DNA of 64,000 nt from an uncultured Eubacteriales bacterium (GTDB taxonomy: Bacteria > Actinomycetota > Coriobacteriia > Anaerosomatales > JAAXUF01), in NCBI GenBank assembly GCA_964388455.1, contig CAYMAN010000002.1:37535-101534 (forward strand). The letters run 5' to 3'. A model generated the notes under the pieces. The model was given only the letters and a program-made list of their open reading frames with translations. It searched no databases and was not told where the DNA came from. Position numbers and translations under genes: made by a program. Shown here one piece after another: positions 7,649-17,204 of this stretch. The first letter of the stretch is position 1. Each line of letters starts with the position of its first letter.

Positions 7649-8901
7649 CTGACAACATTCCGCCCGCCAAACGGGCTGCGTTCGATCCCGCCCGCCTGCT
7701 GGCTTCGCCGCGATTTGCGCAGTGGCTGCTGGGCGTTTTGGCCTGGGTCGCCCTGGTGCTGCTGATACCCCTCGTGATCAACGGTCCAGGTGCGGGTGAG
7801 GCCGCCCAGCGGTTCGCTTCGGTGTCACTGCCGTTCCTGGCGTTGTACACGCTGCTCGCGGGATCGCTCCTCGTCTGCATGGTTGGGCGGTTCAACGGCG
7901 TCCGCAACCGTGTGTCGGTTCGTCCTCGTCCTCGCCTCAGTGTGGGGTCGAACTCAGTGATCGCCCCGTCGGACTTCGATCCCGAGACTGCGGCGAGCGT
8001 CTTGCGCCGAGCGGGCTACCGTCACGTGGAGACGAATGGGAGCTGGGCATGGGGGGTGAAGTATCCTTGGTCCCCGCTGGGGACGCTGATTCTTCACTCG
8101 TCGGTGCTCGTTGCGCTTCTTGGCGCGGCACTGGCCGTCACACCGGGAATCGACCGAATGACACACGTATCCGCACTCCAGGGCGTCACCGTGAAGGCTA
8201 CCGACGATGTGCCCGAGCTGCGGTTGAAATCGCTGGATGCCGTCCCCGGCGAGCAGGGGACGCTCCTGCGACTCTCCGGTGTGGTGCAGACCGCCACCGG
8301 CCGAGAAGTTCGAGTGCGACCCGATCTCCCCGCGCTGGTTGACCCGATCACGGCTGTGGTCATCGAGGACTACGACTTCGCGTCGACCTTTTCGGCTGTT
8401 CCTACTGGTGCGCTGCTCCCTGTGACCCGGCAGGTGAAGGCTCTACGGCTGAGGAAGTCTGGGGCCGCCGATAGGCTGATTCTGGACGCCGGCGCGCTCG
8501 GCACATATCGGATCACCGTGCGGTTGGACAAGGCGAATCCCGAGAACGTCATCGCGACGACCGAGCGGCGCGCAGCGCGCGGTGCGTGGCGGTTGGTCGA
8601 CAGTGAGCGAGCGTTCTCGAAAGGCGAGGTGGCGACGGTGGGCAAGATCCGCCTCCGCTTCGAGGGGTTGCGCTCGTACGCGATCCTGAGGGTTCATCGA
8701 GCTCCATCGGGCTCCATCATCGCCTTGGCGCTGCTGTCTGCGGTGCTCGGCGCGGGGTTGAGGCTGCTCCTCCCGAGAAATGAGGCGACTATCGCCAACG
8801 TCGCGGATTCGACCGTCGTTACCGTTGCGGTCGACGCGTACAAAGGTTCGCGTAGTGCCTCGGCGAAACTCGCCTTGGCGTTTGAGGAGGCCACATGGTA
8901 A
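7645..8901 (+). CDS. ResB/CcsB(Ccs1)-like System II cytochrome c biogenesis protein
   Basis: The GTG start overlaps the cytochrome stop (GTGA). N-terminal TM region FAQWLLGVLAWVALVLLIPLVI, a large extracytoplasmic domain, a conserved-looking His in LILHSSVLVALLGAAL, and a C-terminal TM. Confidence 0.7.
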   Translation: MTDNIPPAKRAAFDPARLLASPRFAQWLLGVLAWVALVLLIPLVINGPGAGEAAQRFASVSLPFLALYTLLAGSLLVCMVGRFNGVRNRVSVRPRPRLSVGSNSVIAPSDFDPETAASVLRRAGYRHVETNGSWAWGVKYPWSPLGTLILHSSVLVALLGAALAVTPGIDRMTHVSALQGVTVKATDDVPELRLKSLDAVPGEQGTLLRLSGVVQTATGREVRVRPDLPALVDPITAVVIEDYDFASTFSAVPTGALLPVTRQVKALRLRKSGAADRLILDAGALGTYRITVRLDKANPENVIATTERRAARGAWRLVDSERAFSKGEVATVGKIRLRFEGLRSYAILRVHRAPSGSIIALALLSAVLGAGLRLLLPRNEATIANVADSTVVTVAVDAYKGSRSASAKLALAFEEATW

Positions 8902-9698
8902 TCAGTCTCGCAGCAGCAGGCGCACTACATATTGTCGGAGCGCTTCTCGTGCTCGTGGGAATCGGCACCTCTTGGGTACGAGGTCCCGCCGGGAGGTGGA
9001 TGACACTCATCGCGTTCGCCGCGGGAGCCGCCGCACTCATCGCCGAGGGGGTGTTCCGCGCCGTCGTCACCGATCGAGCACCGTTGGTGGGCACGTACGA
9101 GAACACGCTCGTCGTCGCGATTCTGCTCCTAGTGGCCTGCTCGATCATTCTGGTGTTCACCGATCCGCCCGTGCGCTTGGCGCTCACTCGGCTTACGGCG
9201 CCATGGGCCATCCTCACACTGGCTTTCGGTTCGCGATTCACCTCCAGCCCGCTGCTCGTTGGCGTGGAAGGGCGTGGGTTGCTGGCCTACACTCATGCGT
9301 TCGTAGGCTGGCTCGATTTCACGGTTCTGATCGTGGGAACGATGGCCGCGTTGGCGATGCTGCTCAATCGCAGAGGTGAAGTGAGCGCGTGGCAGGCGGT
9401 GACGACTCGCATGCTCGGTGCCGGATTCGTGCTGCTCACCGCAACGATCGCAAGCGGCGCCGTTCTGAGCTTCGGTGTCTTCGGCTCGTGGTATCAGTGG
9501 CAGATCGTGGAGACGCTCTCGGCGGTGTTGTGGCTTGCCTACGGCTTCGCGTTGCATGCGTTTTTGCTGTTCGGATGGAAGGAGAGGCGACTTGCGGCTC
9601 TGACTGTCGCCGTGTTGCCGTTGGCTTTGGCGACCTTCTGGGTCTGGGCGCTCTATCCGGGCACATACCACTACTTCGAGCGAATCCTTGGCTCCTAG
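8895..9698 (+). CDS. CcsA/ResC-like cytochrome c assembly protein (heme handling)
   Basis: The ATG overlaps the ResB-like stop (ATGGTAA). Polytopic, with a Trp-rich WWD-like segment FGSWYQWQIVETLSAVLWLAYGFALH. Confidence 0.75.
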   Translation: MVISLAAAGALHIVGALLVLVGIGTSWVRGPAGRWMTLIAFAAGAAALIAEGVFRAVVTDRAPLVGTYENTLVVAILLLVACSIILVFTDPPVRLALTRLTAPWAILTLAFGSRFTSSPLLVGVEGRGLLAYTHAFVGWLDFTVLIVGTMAALAMLLNRRGEVSAWQAVTTRMLGAGFVLLTATIASGAVLSFGVFGSWYQWQIVETLSAVLWLAYGFALHAFLLFGWKERRLAALTVAVLPLALATFWVWALYPGTYHYFERILGS

Positions 9699-9895
9699 GT
9701 TGTGATGCTCGCCGGCATCCGTGGCGCCGAGACTCCCTGCAGACTGCTCACCGTCCCGACGGCTCGGCGAATCCCGCCGTTTCGTGCCGTTCGCCCATTC
9801 AACACTCGCGCCAACGGCCGTCGTCGCGGTATAACAGGAGCACGCCGCGCAACGCTCATCTTTCAGTCCGCGCGGTCCATATAAGGAGTCACATC

Positions 9896-10498
9896 ATGAA
9901 CGACGCTTTCGAGCTGCCGTTTCCGCAGTATCGATGCCCCGAGTGCGGCAAGGATCTCCCGCTGGGCGAGGCCCGCATGACAGTCACCTGCGCGTCCCAC
10001 ACGCAGAGCGAGCCGGTCGAGTTCACCGTGCGCAAGGCCACCGACGCCGACCGCAACGACGTCGCGCTCCTGTGCGAGCGCGCGCTGGGCGAGACCGACG
10101 TCGACGTCTTTGGCAAAACGTTCGACGTGCTCTCCGGCGTGAACCTCATCGCCGAGGCGGACGGCGCACTCGTCGGCCTGCTGTCGCTCGCCATCGACCG
10201 CGGCGAACTCGCCGTCGTGCTGCTGAGCGTCTACCCGGACTTCCAGGGCAAGCGCGTCGGCTCCTCGCTCCTCACCGCCGCCGACCAGTTCGCCGCCAAG
10301 CGCGGCCTGCCGTTCATGCGCGTCGCCGTCACCAACGACGACATCCCGCAGCTCTACTTCTACCAGCGCCACGGTTTCTCGATCTACGAGGTCGCCGTGG
10401 GCGAGGTCGCCGACCGCTTTGGCTCGGCCACGCCCGGCTTCTCGGGGATTCCCGTCCGCGACGAGCTCCGCCTCCGCCGAGCGGTGTGCGCAAGCTAG
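9896..10498 (+). CDS. GNAT-family N-acetyltransferase with an N-terminal Cys-containing (zinc-ribbon-like) segment
   Basis: AAGGAG lies 6 nt upstream of the ATG. GNAT core VYPDFQGKRVGSSLLTAADQFAAKRG..FYQRHGF. N-terminus contains CPECG. Confidence 0.8.
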   Translation: MNDAFELPFPQYRCPECGKDLPLGEARMTVTCASHTQSEPVEFTVRKATDADRNDVALLCERALGETDVDVFGKTFDVLSGVNLIAEADGALVGLLSLAIDRGELAVVLLSVYPDFQGKRVGSSLLTAADQFAAKRGLPFMRVAVTNDDIPQLYFYQRHGFSIYEVAVGEVADRFGSATPGFSGIPVRDELRLRRAVCAS

Positions 10499-10541
10499 CA
10501 CGGTAGCCATACCTACAACTGTCACTCGAAGGGACGCATGC

Positions 10542-11558
10542 ATGATCCGCACCACCCGCCCCCGCCGCACCCTCGTCCTCACGCTCGCGCTGATCGCATT
10601 GCTCGCCATCACGTTGCTCACCGGCTGCGCCAAGCCCGGCGAGACCACCGACGCCGCCAAGCCCGCCACCCCCGCCGAGAAGCCGGTCGCCATCAAGATC
10701 GGCACACTCGCCACCGAGGATTCACTACCGCTCTGGGCCGCCGAGAAGATGGGCTACTTCGCCACGCAGGGCATCCCCAGCGTCGAGATCGTGAACTTCC
10801 AGTCCGCGCAGGAACGAGACGTCGCGTTCGCGTCGGGTGCCATCGACGGCTTCATGGGCGACATGATCGCCGCCGCCAACCTTGAGGGCAGCGGCAAGAA
10901 GAACACGATCGCAACGGTCATGTTGGGCGCCGACCAGAGCCAAGGCCGCTTCGGCGTAGTCGTTCCTCCCAAATCCGCAGTCGCCGATCTGAAGTCGCTT
11001 GCGGGCGTGCCGGTCGGCACCTCCTCGGCGACGATCCAGGAGTATGTGCTCGACGGACTCATGGCCGAGTCGGGCGTCGCTTCCTCGGCCGTGAAGACCG
11101 AGGAGGTCAAGAAGGTTCCCGTGCGTTTCGAGCTGCTTATGGCGGGCAAACTCAAGGCCGCCGCGTTCCCTGAGCCGTTCCTGACCCTCGCCGAGCAGGG
11201 TGGCGCCAAGATCGTGGGCGACGACACCAAGGCCGCGAGCAACCTGTCGCAGACGGTGTTGGTCATCTCCGACGACTATCTGGCCGCTACCGGCGGCACC
11301 GCGACGAAGGACGCTGTCCTCGCCGCGTGGGACCTCGCCGTCAACGACATCAACAAGGCGCCGGACGCGTACCGCGAGTTGCTGGTCGAGAAGGCGCGAC
11401 TGCCCAAGCCGCTGGCCGCCACCTACAAGGTGAACGCCTATCCCACGGCGCAGCTGCCGACGGTCGATAGGGTCGACGCCATCCTCGCCTGGATGAAGGC
11501 CAAAGGGTATCTCAAGGGCGATGTGACCGCCGCCGACCTGCTCCCCGCGCAGAAGTAG
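10542..11558 (+). CDS. ABC transporter substrate-binding lipoprotein, NMT1/SsuA/TauA-like (sulfonate/nitrate/taurine family)
   Basis: Lipobox LLTGC after MIRTTRPRRTLVLTLALIALLAI. SsuA-like fold signature KIGTLATEDSLPLWAAEKMGYF. Confidence 0.8.
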   Translation: MIRTTRPRRTLVLTLALIALLAITLLTGCAKPGETTDAAKPATPAEKPVAIKIGTLATEDSLPLWAAEKMGYFATQGIPSVEIVNFQSAQERDVAFASGAIDGFMGDMIAAANLEGSGKKNTIATVMLGADQSQGRFGVVVPPKSAVADLKSLAGVPVGTSSATIQEYVLDGLMAESGVASSAVKTEEVKKVPVRFELLMAGKLKAAAFPEPFLTLAEQGGAKIVGDDTKAASNLSQTVLVISDDYLAATGGTATKDAVLAAWDLAVNDINKAPDAYRELLVEKARLPKPLAATYKVNAYPTAQLPTVDRVDAILAWMKAKGYLKGDVTAADLLPAQK

Positions 11559-11565
11559 CCAGCGC

Positions 11566-12354
11566 GTGGCGGCCCTCTCCTTCAATCGAGTCTCGCTGAC
11601 GTACGAGGGTTCGGACCGCCAGGTCCGGGCCCTCGACGACCTCACGCTCGATATCGCCAATGGTGAGTCGGTCGCCATCATCGGCCCCAGTGGCTGCGGC
11701 AAGTCGACTCTGCTGCTCCTCGCGGCGGGGCTGCTGACCCCGACGGCCGCAGCGGGCGCGGGCGCTGGCGCAGCCGCTGGCGAGATCACAATCGCAGGCG
11801 ACACTATCGCCGGTCCGCGCCGAGAGACCGCGCTCATCCTCCAAGACTTCGGCCTGCTCCCCTGGAAGACCGTCGCCGAGAACGCCGGCCTCGGGCTCCA
11901 GATACGCGGCATGGGCCGAAGCGTCGTGCGTGAGCGTGCGTCCGACGCGCTCGAGCGCGTGGGCCTCGCCGAGTTCGCCTCGGCCTACCCCAGCGAGCTC
12001 TCGGGTGGGATGCGTCAGCGTCTTGCGCTCGCTCGCGCGGTGGCGCTCGACGCAGACCTGCTGCTCATGGACGAGCCGCTCTCGGCGCTCGATGCGCTCA
12101 AGCGTGAGGAGCTGCAGGCGGTGCTGCTCGAGCTGTGGCAGCGCCGCGGACACACTTCGGTGCTGGTCACGCACTCGATCGAGGAGGCCGTGTTTCTCGG
12201 CCAGCGGGTCGTGGTCATGACACCGCGCCCGGGACGCGTCGGGGCGATCGTCGACAACCCCGGAGCCGGCACCGCCGGCTATCGAGCCAGCGAGGAGTTC
12301 TTCGCCCGCTGCACCCAACTCCGCGCCCTTCTGGCCGAAGGGGGTGTGGCGTGA
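11566..12354 (+). CDS. ABC transporter ATP-binding protein (SsuB/TauB-like)
   Basis: GTG start. Walker A GPSGCGKS, signature LSGGMRQR, Walker B LLLMDEP. Contains an Ala/Gly-rich insertion TPTAAAGAGAGAAAGE. Confidence 0.9.
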   Translation: MAALSFNRVSLTYEGSDRQVRALDDLTLDIANGESVAIIGPSGCGKSTLLLLAAGLLTPTAAAGAGAGAAAGEITIAGDTIAGPRRETALILQDFGLLPWKTVAENAGLGLQIRGMGRSVVRERASDALERVGLAEFASAYPSELSGGMRQRLALARAVALDADLLLMDEPLSALDALKREELQAVLLELWQRRGHTSVLVTHSIEEAVFLGQRVVVMTPRPGRVGAIVDNPGAGTAGYRASEEFFARCTQLRALLAEGGVA

Positions 12355-13136
12355 GCGCCCCAGCCGCCGCCCTCCGCCATAAGCCGCGCTCCGGAGTCCG
12401 CAAGCTCGTCGGCTATGTGGGCGCTGTCGCGGTGCTGCTGCTCGGCTGGGCCGCCGTCGCCGTCGCGGTCGGCTCGCCTGCGCTGCCGGGCCCGGTCGTC
12501 GCGATCGAGGCGTTTGTCGACCAGTGGCCGGCGATCTGGCCCCAGATGCTGGTAAGCCTGTGGCGCGTCGTGGTCGCGATGGCGCTCGGGACGACGCTTG
12601 CGGTTCCGCTCGGCCTGATGCTGGGCCGCTCACCGCGAACCGACGCGGTGTTCGCGCCGCTGATCTACATCACCTACCCGATCCCCAAGGTGGTGTTCTT
12701 GCCGGTGCTCATGGTGCTCCTTGGCCTTGGCAACGCTCCAAAGATCGTGCTCATCGCGATCATCGTCTTCTTCCAGATACTCGTCACCGCGCGTGACGCG
12801 TCCAAGGCCGTCCCCGAGCCGAGCGTGCTCTCGGTCCGTTCGTTGGGTGCCTCGCGCTGGGACGTCTATCGCCACGTGGTGGTGCCAGCCGCGCTGCCCG
12901 ACATCTTCACGGCGCTTCGAATCGGCACCGGCACCGCCATCGCCGTGCTCTTCCTCGCCGAGTCGATCGCCGGCTCGAGCGGCATCGGATACTACATAGT
13001 CGATGCGTGGGGACGCATCGACTATCCCGCGATGTTCGCCGGGATCATCGGCATGGGGCTTCTGGGCGTGGTGCTGTACGAGGCGCTGGATGGTGTCGAG
13101 GTCTGGGCGACTCGTTGGCGCCGAGCAGGAAACTGA
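12351..13136 (+). CDS. ABC transporter permease (SsuC/TauC-like)
   Basis: The GTG overlaps the upstream stop (GTGA). Polytopic, with the EAA-like loop region SLGASRWDVYRHVVVPAALP. Confidence 0.85.
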   Translation: MSAPAAALRHKPRSGVRKLVGYVGAVAVLLLGWAAVAVAVGSPALPGPVVAIEAFVDQWPAIWPQMLVSLWRVVVAMALGTTLAVPLGLMLGRSPRTDAVFAPLIYITYPIPKVVFLPVLMVLLGLGNAPKIVLIAIIVFFQILVTARDASKAVPEPSVLSVRSLGASRWDVYRHVVVPAALPDIFTALRIGTGTAIAVLFLAESIAGSSGIGYYIVDAWGRIDYPAMFAGIIGMGLLGVVLYEALDGVEVWATRWRRAGN

Positions 13137-13157
13137 GCCGATTCTCGGGAACAACTC

Positions 13158-13173
13158 TTACGAGCGCGCGTAA
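13158..13173. promoter_or_regulatory. Near-perfect 16-bp palindrome in the AT-richer leader of the osmoprotectant operon (possible operator); TACAAT -10-like hexamer at 13201-13206
   Basis: TTACGAGCGCGCGTAA has one mismatch to perfect dyad symmetry. Position only; no known regulator motif was matched. Confidence 0.25.
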
Positions 13174-13265
13174 TATCACGCAAACAGTTATAGTAAGTCT
13201 TACAATTGCTGATATCACTCGCGATCAGGTACGTTTTCGAAGTTCATCGGCTTGGGAGGATTCAC

Positions 13266-14237
13266 ATGCGTAGGAGCAGATTTGCACTCGTGGCACTCTT
13301 CATCGTGGCGCTGATGGTGCTTACGGGCTGTGGTTCGAAGGCGGCAGAAGCGCCGGACAAGACCACCACAACCGTCACTCCCAAGGAAGGTCCCGAGGTC
13401 AAGTTCGGGTCCTACATCGACTCCGAGGGGTCGATTCTGGGCGCGATGGTCGTGCAGATGCTTAAAGCCAACGGCATCAAAGTGGTCGACAAGACCAAGT
13501 TCGGTACCCCCGATGTCGTTCGCAAGGCGTACCTTCAGGGCGACCTGAGTGGCGCGATCGACTACACCGGCAGCGGCGCGTTCTACGTCGGACCGGAATC
13601 CGATCCGGTCTGGAGCGACCCGATCAAGGGCTACGAAACGATCCAGTCCAAGGATCTCGCGGCGAACAAGGTCGTCTGGACCACGCCTGCTCCGGCAAAC
13701 AACACCGAGTCGATCGCGGTGACCAAGGAGTTCTCGGCGAAGAACAACATCACGACCATGGAGGAGTTCGCGGAGTACGTGAGCAAGGGCGGGAACGTCA
13801 AGCTCATCGGCGCTCAGGTGTGGATGGACAGCCCGCTCGGCCTGAAGGGTTATGAGAAGGCCTACGGATTCACGCTGAAGAAGAACCAGCTCATCGGGCT
13901 CTCCAACGGTGTGACCTCTGAGTTCATCAAGGCGCTCGCCAACGGCACCAACGGCGCCAACTTCGCCGAGGTGTACGCGACCGACGGTGGACTGGCGGAT
14001 CTGGGCCTCGTCGTCCTGACCGACAGCAAGAGCGTGCCGCCGGTCTACGCGCCGACCCCTGTGTTCCGCGAGGAGATCATCGCGGCGTACCCGGAGATCG
14101 AGTCGATCCTCGCGCCGGTGTTCGCATCGCTGACCATCGAGAAGCTGCAGGAGCTCAACAAGTCCGTCGCCATCGATGGCAAGGATCCCAAGGTCGTGGC
14201 CACCGAGTATCTGACCGCAGGCGGTTTCCTCAAATAG
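13266..14237 (+). CDS. Glycine betaine/choline-type (OpuC/OsmX-like) ABC substrate-binding lipoprotein
   Basis: GGGAGGA RBS. Lipobox VLTGC. OpuAC-family-like sequence (GSYIDSEGSILGAMVVQMLKANG.., YATDGGLADLGLVVLTD). Confidence 0.8.
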   Translation: MRRSRFALVALFIVALMVLTGCGSKAAEAPDKTTTTVTPKEGPEVKFGSYIDSEGSILGAMVVQMLKANGIKVVDKTKFGTPDVVRKAYLQGDLSGAIDYTGSGAFYVGPESDPVWSDPIKGYETIQSKDLAANKVVWTTPAPANNTESIAVTKEFSAKNNITTMEEFAEYVSKGGNVKLIGAQVWMDSPLGLKGYEKAYGFTLKKNQLIGLSNGVTSEFIKALANGTNGANFAEVYATDGGLADLGLVVLTDSKSVPPVYAPTPVFREEIIAAYPEIESILAPVFASLTIEKLQELNKSVAIDGKDPKVVATEYLTAGGFLK

Positions 14238-14253
14238 CACGCGAGGCGCCGTT

Positions 14254-15465
14254 GTGCGCTTCAGCTGGAAAGTGAGCGGCGTGGACGAAGGCGTCCGAGA
14301 TACGAAGGCACAAGCGAGGGTCGTCGCGGTTGCGGGCAGTCTGCTCGGGATCGCGACGATCTTCGCGCCTTCGTTTGTCGCCTTCCGGCCCAACCGGATC
14401 ATCGACGGCACGCCCCAATCTGCGGTCAACGCGCTGGGCGTATGGGGCTGGGTGCTGCTGGCGATGTGGGTCGCAGCCGCGGCGCTCTCGGTGACGCCAA
14501 TCCCGTACCGCTGGCGTGGACTGACCGTCGGCTTGCTTGGAGGAGGCACTGCGGTCGTCGCGACGTGGAGAGTCGGTGCAGAGGCCGCAGCCTATCTGGC
14601 CGAGAAGGGCGACATCGCACGGCTGTCTCTGGGTGGCGCGTTCTGGATCCTGCTGCTCGCCGCCTACCTCGTGGTCTTCGCGGCGAGTGCGTGGACGCCG
14701 CCTGGTTGGTCGCGGATGCTGGTGTCGTATCTGCCGGCCGTGGGCGTGGTGCTGCTCCTCGTTGGTGGGGCGCTTGCGTCGCTGTCGATCATGCGCGAGT
14801 ACGCGAACAACTCCCTCGAATTCTGGGCCCAGCTCAGGCTGCAGCTGCTCTACGTGCTGGGTGCGACGTCGCTGGGCTTCGCCATCGGCATGCCATTGGG
14901 ACTCATCGCGGCACGGCGACCGTCCGCCGAGCCCGCCATCTTCACAGCGCTCAACATCCTCGAGGTGCTGCCGGTGCTGGCGTTCATCGGCCTGCTGAAC
15001 CCGATTCTCACCGGTCTGTCCGAGAGTGTTCCGCTGCTTGCGACGCTCGGCGTGCGAGGCGTGGGGTGGGCGCCCGTGCTCATCGTGCTCACGGCCTACG
15101 CGATGTATCCCATCGCGCGAAACTCCTACACCGCGATGACCACGCTCGACCCGGCTGTGCTTGATGCGGCGAAGGGCGTGGGCATGAAGCGCGTGCGCCA
15201 GCTCTTCGAGGTCGAGCTCCCCATCGCGGCCCCGGTGATCCTCGCAGGCCTGCGCATCGCGCTGGTCCAGACGACCGCTGGCGCGATCATCGCCGGGCTT
15301 GTGGGCGGCGGTGGGCTGGGGACGTTCGTCTTCCTCGGCGCGGCTCAGACGGCGACCGATCTGATCCTGCTCGGCACCATTCCGATCGTGGTGATGGCGC
15401 TGTTCTTCGACCGCAGCACGCTCACGGTGCAGCGATTCCTGGGACGATGGGGCGTGACTGCATGA
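14254..15465 (+). CDS. Osmoprotectant ABC permease with an extra N-terminal polytopic extension
   Basis: GTG start. The C-terminal half is a standard binding-protein-dependent permease (LGFAIGMPLGLIAARRP.., AAKGVGMKRVRQLFEVELP). About 190 aa of additional TM helices precede it. Confidence 0.8.
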   Translation: MRFSWKVSGVDEGVRDTKAQARVVAVAGSLLGIATIFAPSFVAFRPNRIIDGTPQSAVNALGVWGWVLLAMWVAAAALSVTPIPYRWRGLTVGLLGGGTAVVATWRVGAEAAAYLAEKGDIARLSLGGAFWILLLAAYLVVFAASAWTPPGWSRMLVSYLPAVGVVLLLVGGALASLSIMREYANNSLEFWAQLRLQLLYVLGATSLGFAIGMPLGLIAARRPSAEPAIFTALNILEVLPVLAFIGLLNPILTGLSESVPLLATLGVRGVGWAPVLIVLTAYAMYPIARNSYTAMTTLDPAVLDAAKGVGMKRVRQLFEVELPIAAPVILAGLRIALVQTTAGAIIAGLVGGGGLGTFVFLGAAQTATDLILLGTIPIVVMALFFDRSTLTVQRFLGRWGVTA

Positions 15466-16409
15466 TCGAGATCACCGGCCTCACCAAGACATACGGCGAC
15501 TTCACGGCCGTCGACAACGTGAACCTGTCCATACCCGACGGCCAGTTCACCGTGCTCCTCGGTCCGTCCGGCTCGGGCAAGACCACCGTGCTGCGTATGC
15601 TCAACCGCATGGTCACGCCCACCTCCGGTGAGATCCGCATCAACGGCCAGGACACGTCCGCCGAGAAGCCCGAGCACCTACGCCGCTCCATGGGCTACGT
15701 CATCCAGAACACGGGACTGTTCCCCAACATGACCGTGCGCCGCAACGTCGCGACCGTGCCGAGGTTGCTCGGTTGGGACCGCAAGCGCACGCGCGACCGC
15801 GTCGACGAGATGCTCGACATCGTCGGCCTCGACCCGGCCGTCTACGCCGAGAAGCTCCCGTCGCAGCTCTCCGGCGGCGAGGCGCAGCGTGTGGGCGTGG
15901 CGCGCGCACTGGCCGCCGACCCGCCCATCCTGCTGATGGACGAGCCGTTTGGCGCCGTCGACCCCATCACGCGTGACCGGTTGCAGCTCGAGATGAAGCG
16001 GCTGCAGCGCCAGCTCAAGAAGACGGTCGTCTTCGTCACGCACGACATCGACGAGGCGGTCCTGCTCTCCGACAAGATCGCGCTGCTCAAGGGCGGCGTT
16101 CTGCAGCAGTACGCCAACCCGGACGAGCTGTGGAAGCAGCCCGCGAACGAGTTCGTCAGGGACTTCTTTGGCGAAAGCTTCGGGCTTCGCATCATGGTGC
16201 GCCACGGGCTCTCGGAGATCACGCTCGAGCCGGTCGGGGAGCGCGCGGACGGCCTGCCACGCATCGCCATCGAGGCGACCCTCAAGGAGGCGCTCGCCGA
16301 GCTCATCGACAAGCGTGCCGAGCGGATCCTCGTGCTCGACGCAGGCGGCAAGCCGGCCGGCACCGTCTCGTTCACGACGCTGATGTGCGCGTTGGGTGAG
16401 GCACGCTGA
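15462..16409 (+). CDS. Osmoprotectant ABC ATP-binding protein with a C-terminal CBS-like domain (OpuCA/ProV-like)
   Basis: ATGA overlap with the upstream stop. Walker A GPSGSGKT, LSGGEAQR, LLMDEP. CBS-like tail. Confidence 0.9.
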   Translation: MIEITGLTKTYGDFTAVDNVNLSIPDGQFTVLLGPSGSGKTTVLRMLNRMVTPTSGEIRINGQDTSAEKPEHLRRSMGYVIQNTGLFPNMTVRRNVATVPRLLGWDRKRTRDRVDEMLDIVGLDPAVYAEKLPSQLSGGEAQRVGVARALAADPPILLMDEPFGAVDPITRDRLQLEMKRLQRQLKKTVVFVTHDIDEAVLLSDKIALLKGGVLQQYANPDELWKQPANEFVRDFFGESFGLRIMVRHGLSEITLEPVGERADGLPRIAIEATLKEALAELIDKRAERILVLDAGGKPAGTVSFTTLMCALGEAR

Positions 16410-17203
16410 TGGCCCTGACTCACCGACATACCGCATCGACGGCGCAACCGGGTCGCGGCACGGCTGGTACGGCCGTCCACTGGGGTGTCGTCGCTGCGCT
16501 TTTCGCCTTCCTGGTGTGGATGGTCTTCGACAAGCGGGGGTTCTCGGCGCTGCTGCGGACGCTGGTGCCGGGTCAGCCGGTCGTGTACTACCCGGCGGTT
16601 CCGCTGCCCACACTCATGGCCGAGCAGCTCTACCTCGTCATCGTGGCGAGCAGTATCGCGTTGGCCGTGGGCGTGACGCTGGGGCTGCTTGCGCTGTCAC
16701 GCGTGGGCAAGCCGTTTCGCGACGTCATCGTGAACCTCGGCAATCTCGCGCAGACGGTGCCCACGGCTGCGGTGATGGCGCTCGCCATCCCGGCTACCGG
16801 CTACGGCGCTAGGCCGGTCATCATCGCGCTCGTGCTCTACAGCATCCTGCCCATCATGCTCAACGTGATCGTCGGCATCGAAGGCGTGCAGCCCGCGGCG
16901 CTCGACGCAGCGATTGGTGTCGGAATGTCGGCGCCACAGCGGCTCCTTTCCGTACAACTCCCACTCGCATTTCCAGTCATCCTCGGAGGGATCAAGAACA
17001 TGCTCGTCATCAACGTCAGCGCCGCGACCATCGGCGCCATCGCGGCGGCCGGCGGACTCGGTCAGCCCATCCTCGCCGGCTTCGCGCGCTATAACACCGC
17101 GTTCATCATCGAGGGCGCCCTGCCCGCAGCGGTGCTCGCGCTCTTCCTCGACCGGCTGCTCACCATCCCCGGCTGGTCCGAGCCCCGAGTGGGGGACGCG
17201 TAA
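16409..17203 (+). CDS. Second osmoprotectant ABC permease
   Basis: TGATG overlap. Permease core AAIGVGMSAPQRLLSVQLPLAFPVILGG. Confidence 0.85.
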   Translation: MALTHRHTASTAQPGRGTAGTAVHWGVVAALFAFLVWMVFDKRGFSALLRTLVPGQPVVYYPAVPLPTLMAEQLYLVIVASSIALAVGVTLGLLALSRVGKPFRDVIVNLGNLAQTVPTAAVMALAIPATGYGARPVIIALVLYSILPIMLNVIVGIEGVQPAALDAAIGVGMSAPQRLLSVQLPLAFPVILGGIKNMLVINVSAATIGAIAAAGGLGQPILAGFARYNTAFIIEGALPAAVLALFLDRLLTIPGWSEPRVGDA

Positions 17204-17204
17204 C

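Noticed and set aside
11746-11790. Ala/Gly-rich insertions in the ABC ATPase (TPTAAAGAGAGAAAGE), the DsbD_2-like protein (GAGGGAGARAGAPAGARVGARR) and the CysG linker (AAPAPAPAAAPVADGPPP), considered as a possible shared motif.
   Set aside because: They are GC-driven low-complexity loop expansions at non-conserved positions, with no common sequence beyond composition. They are probably neutral.
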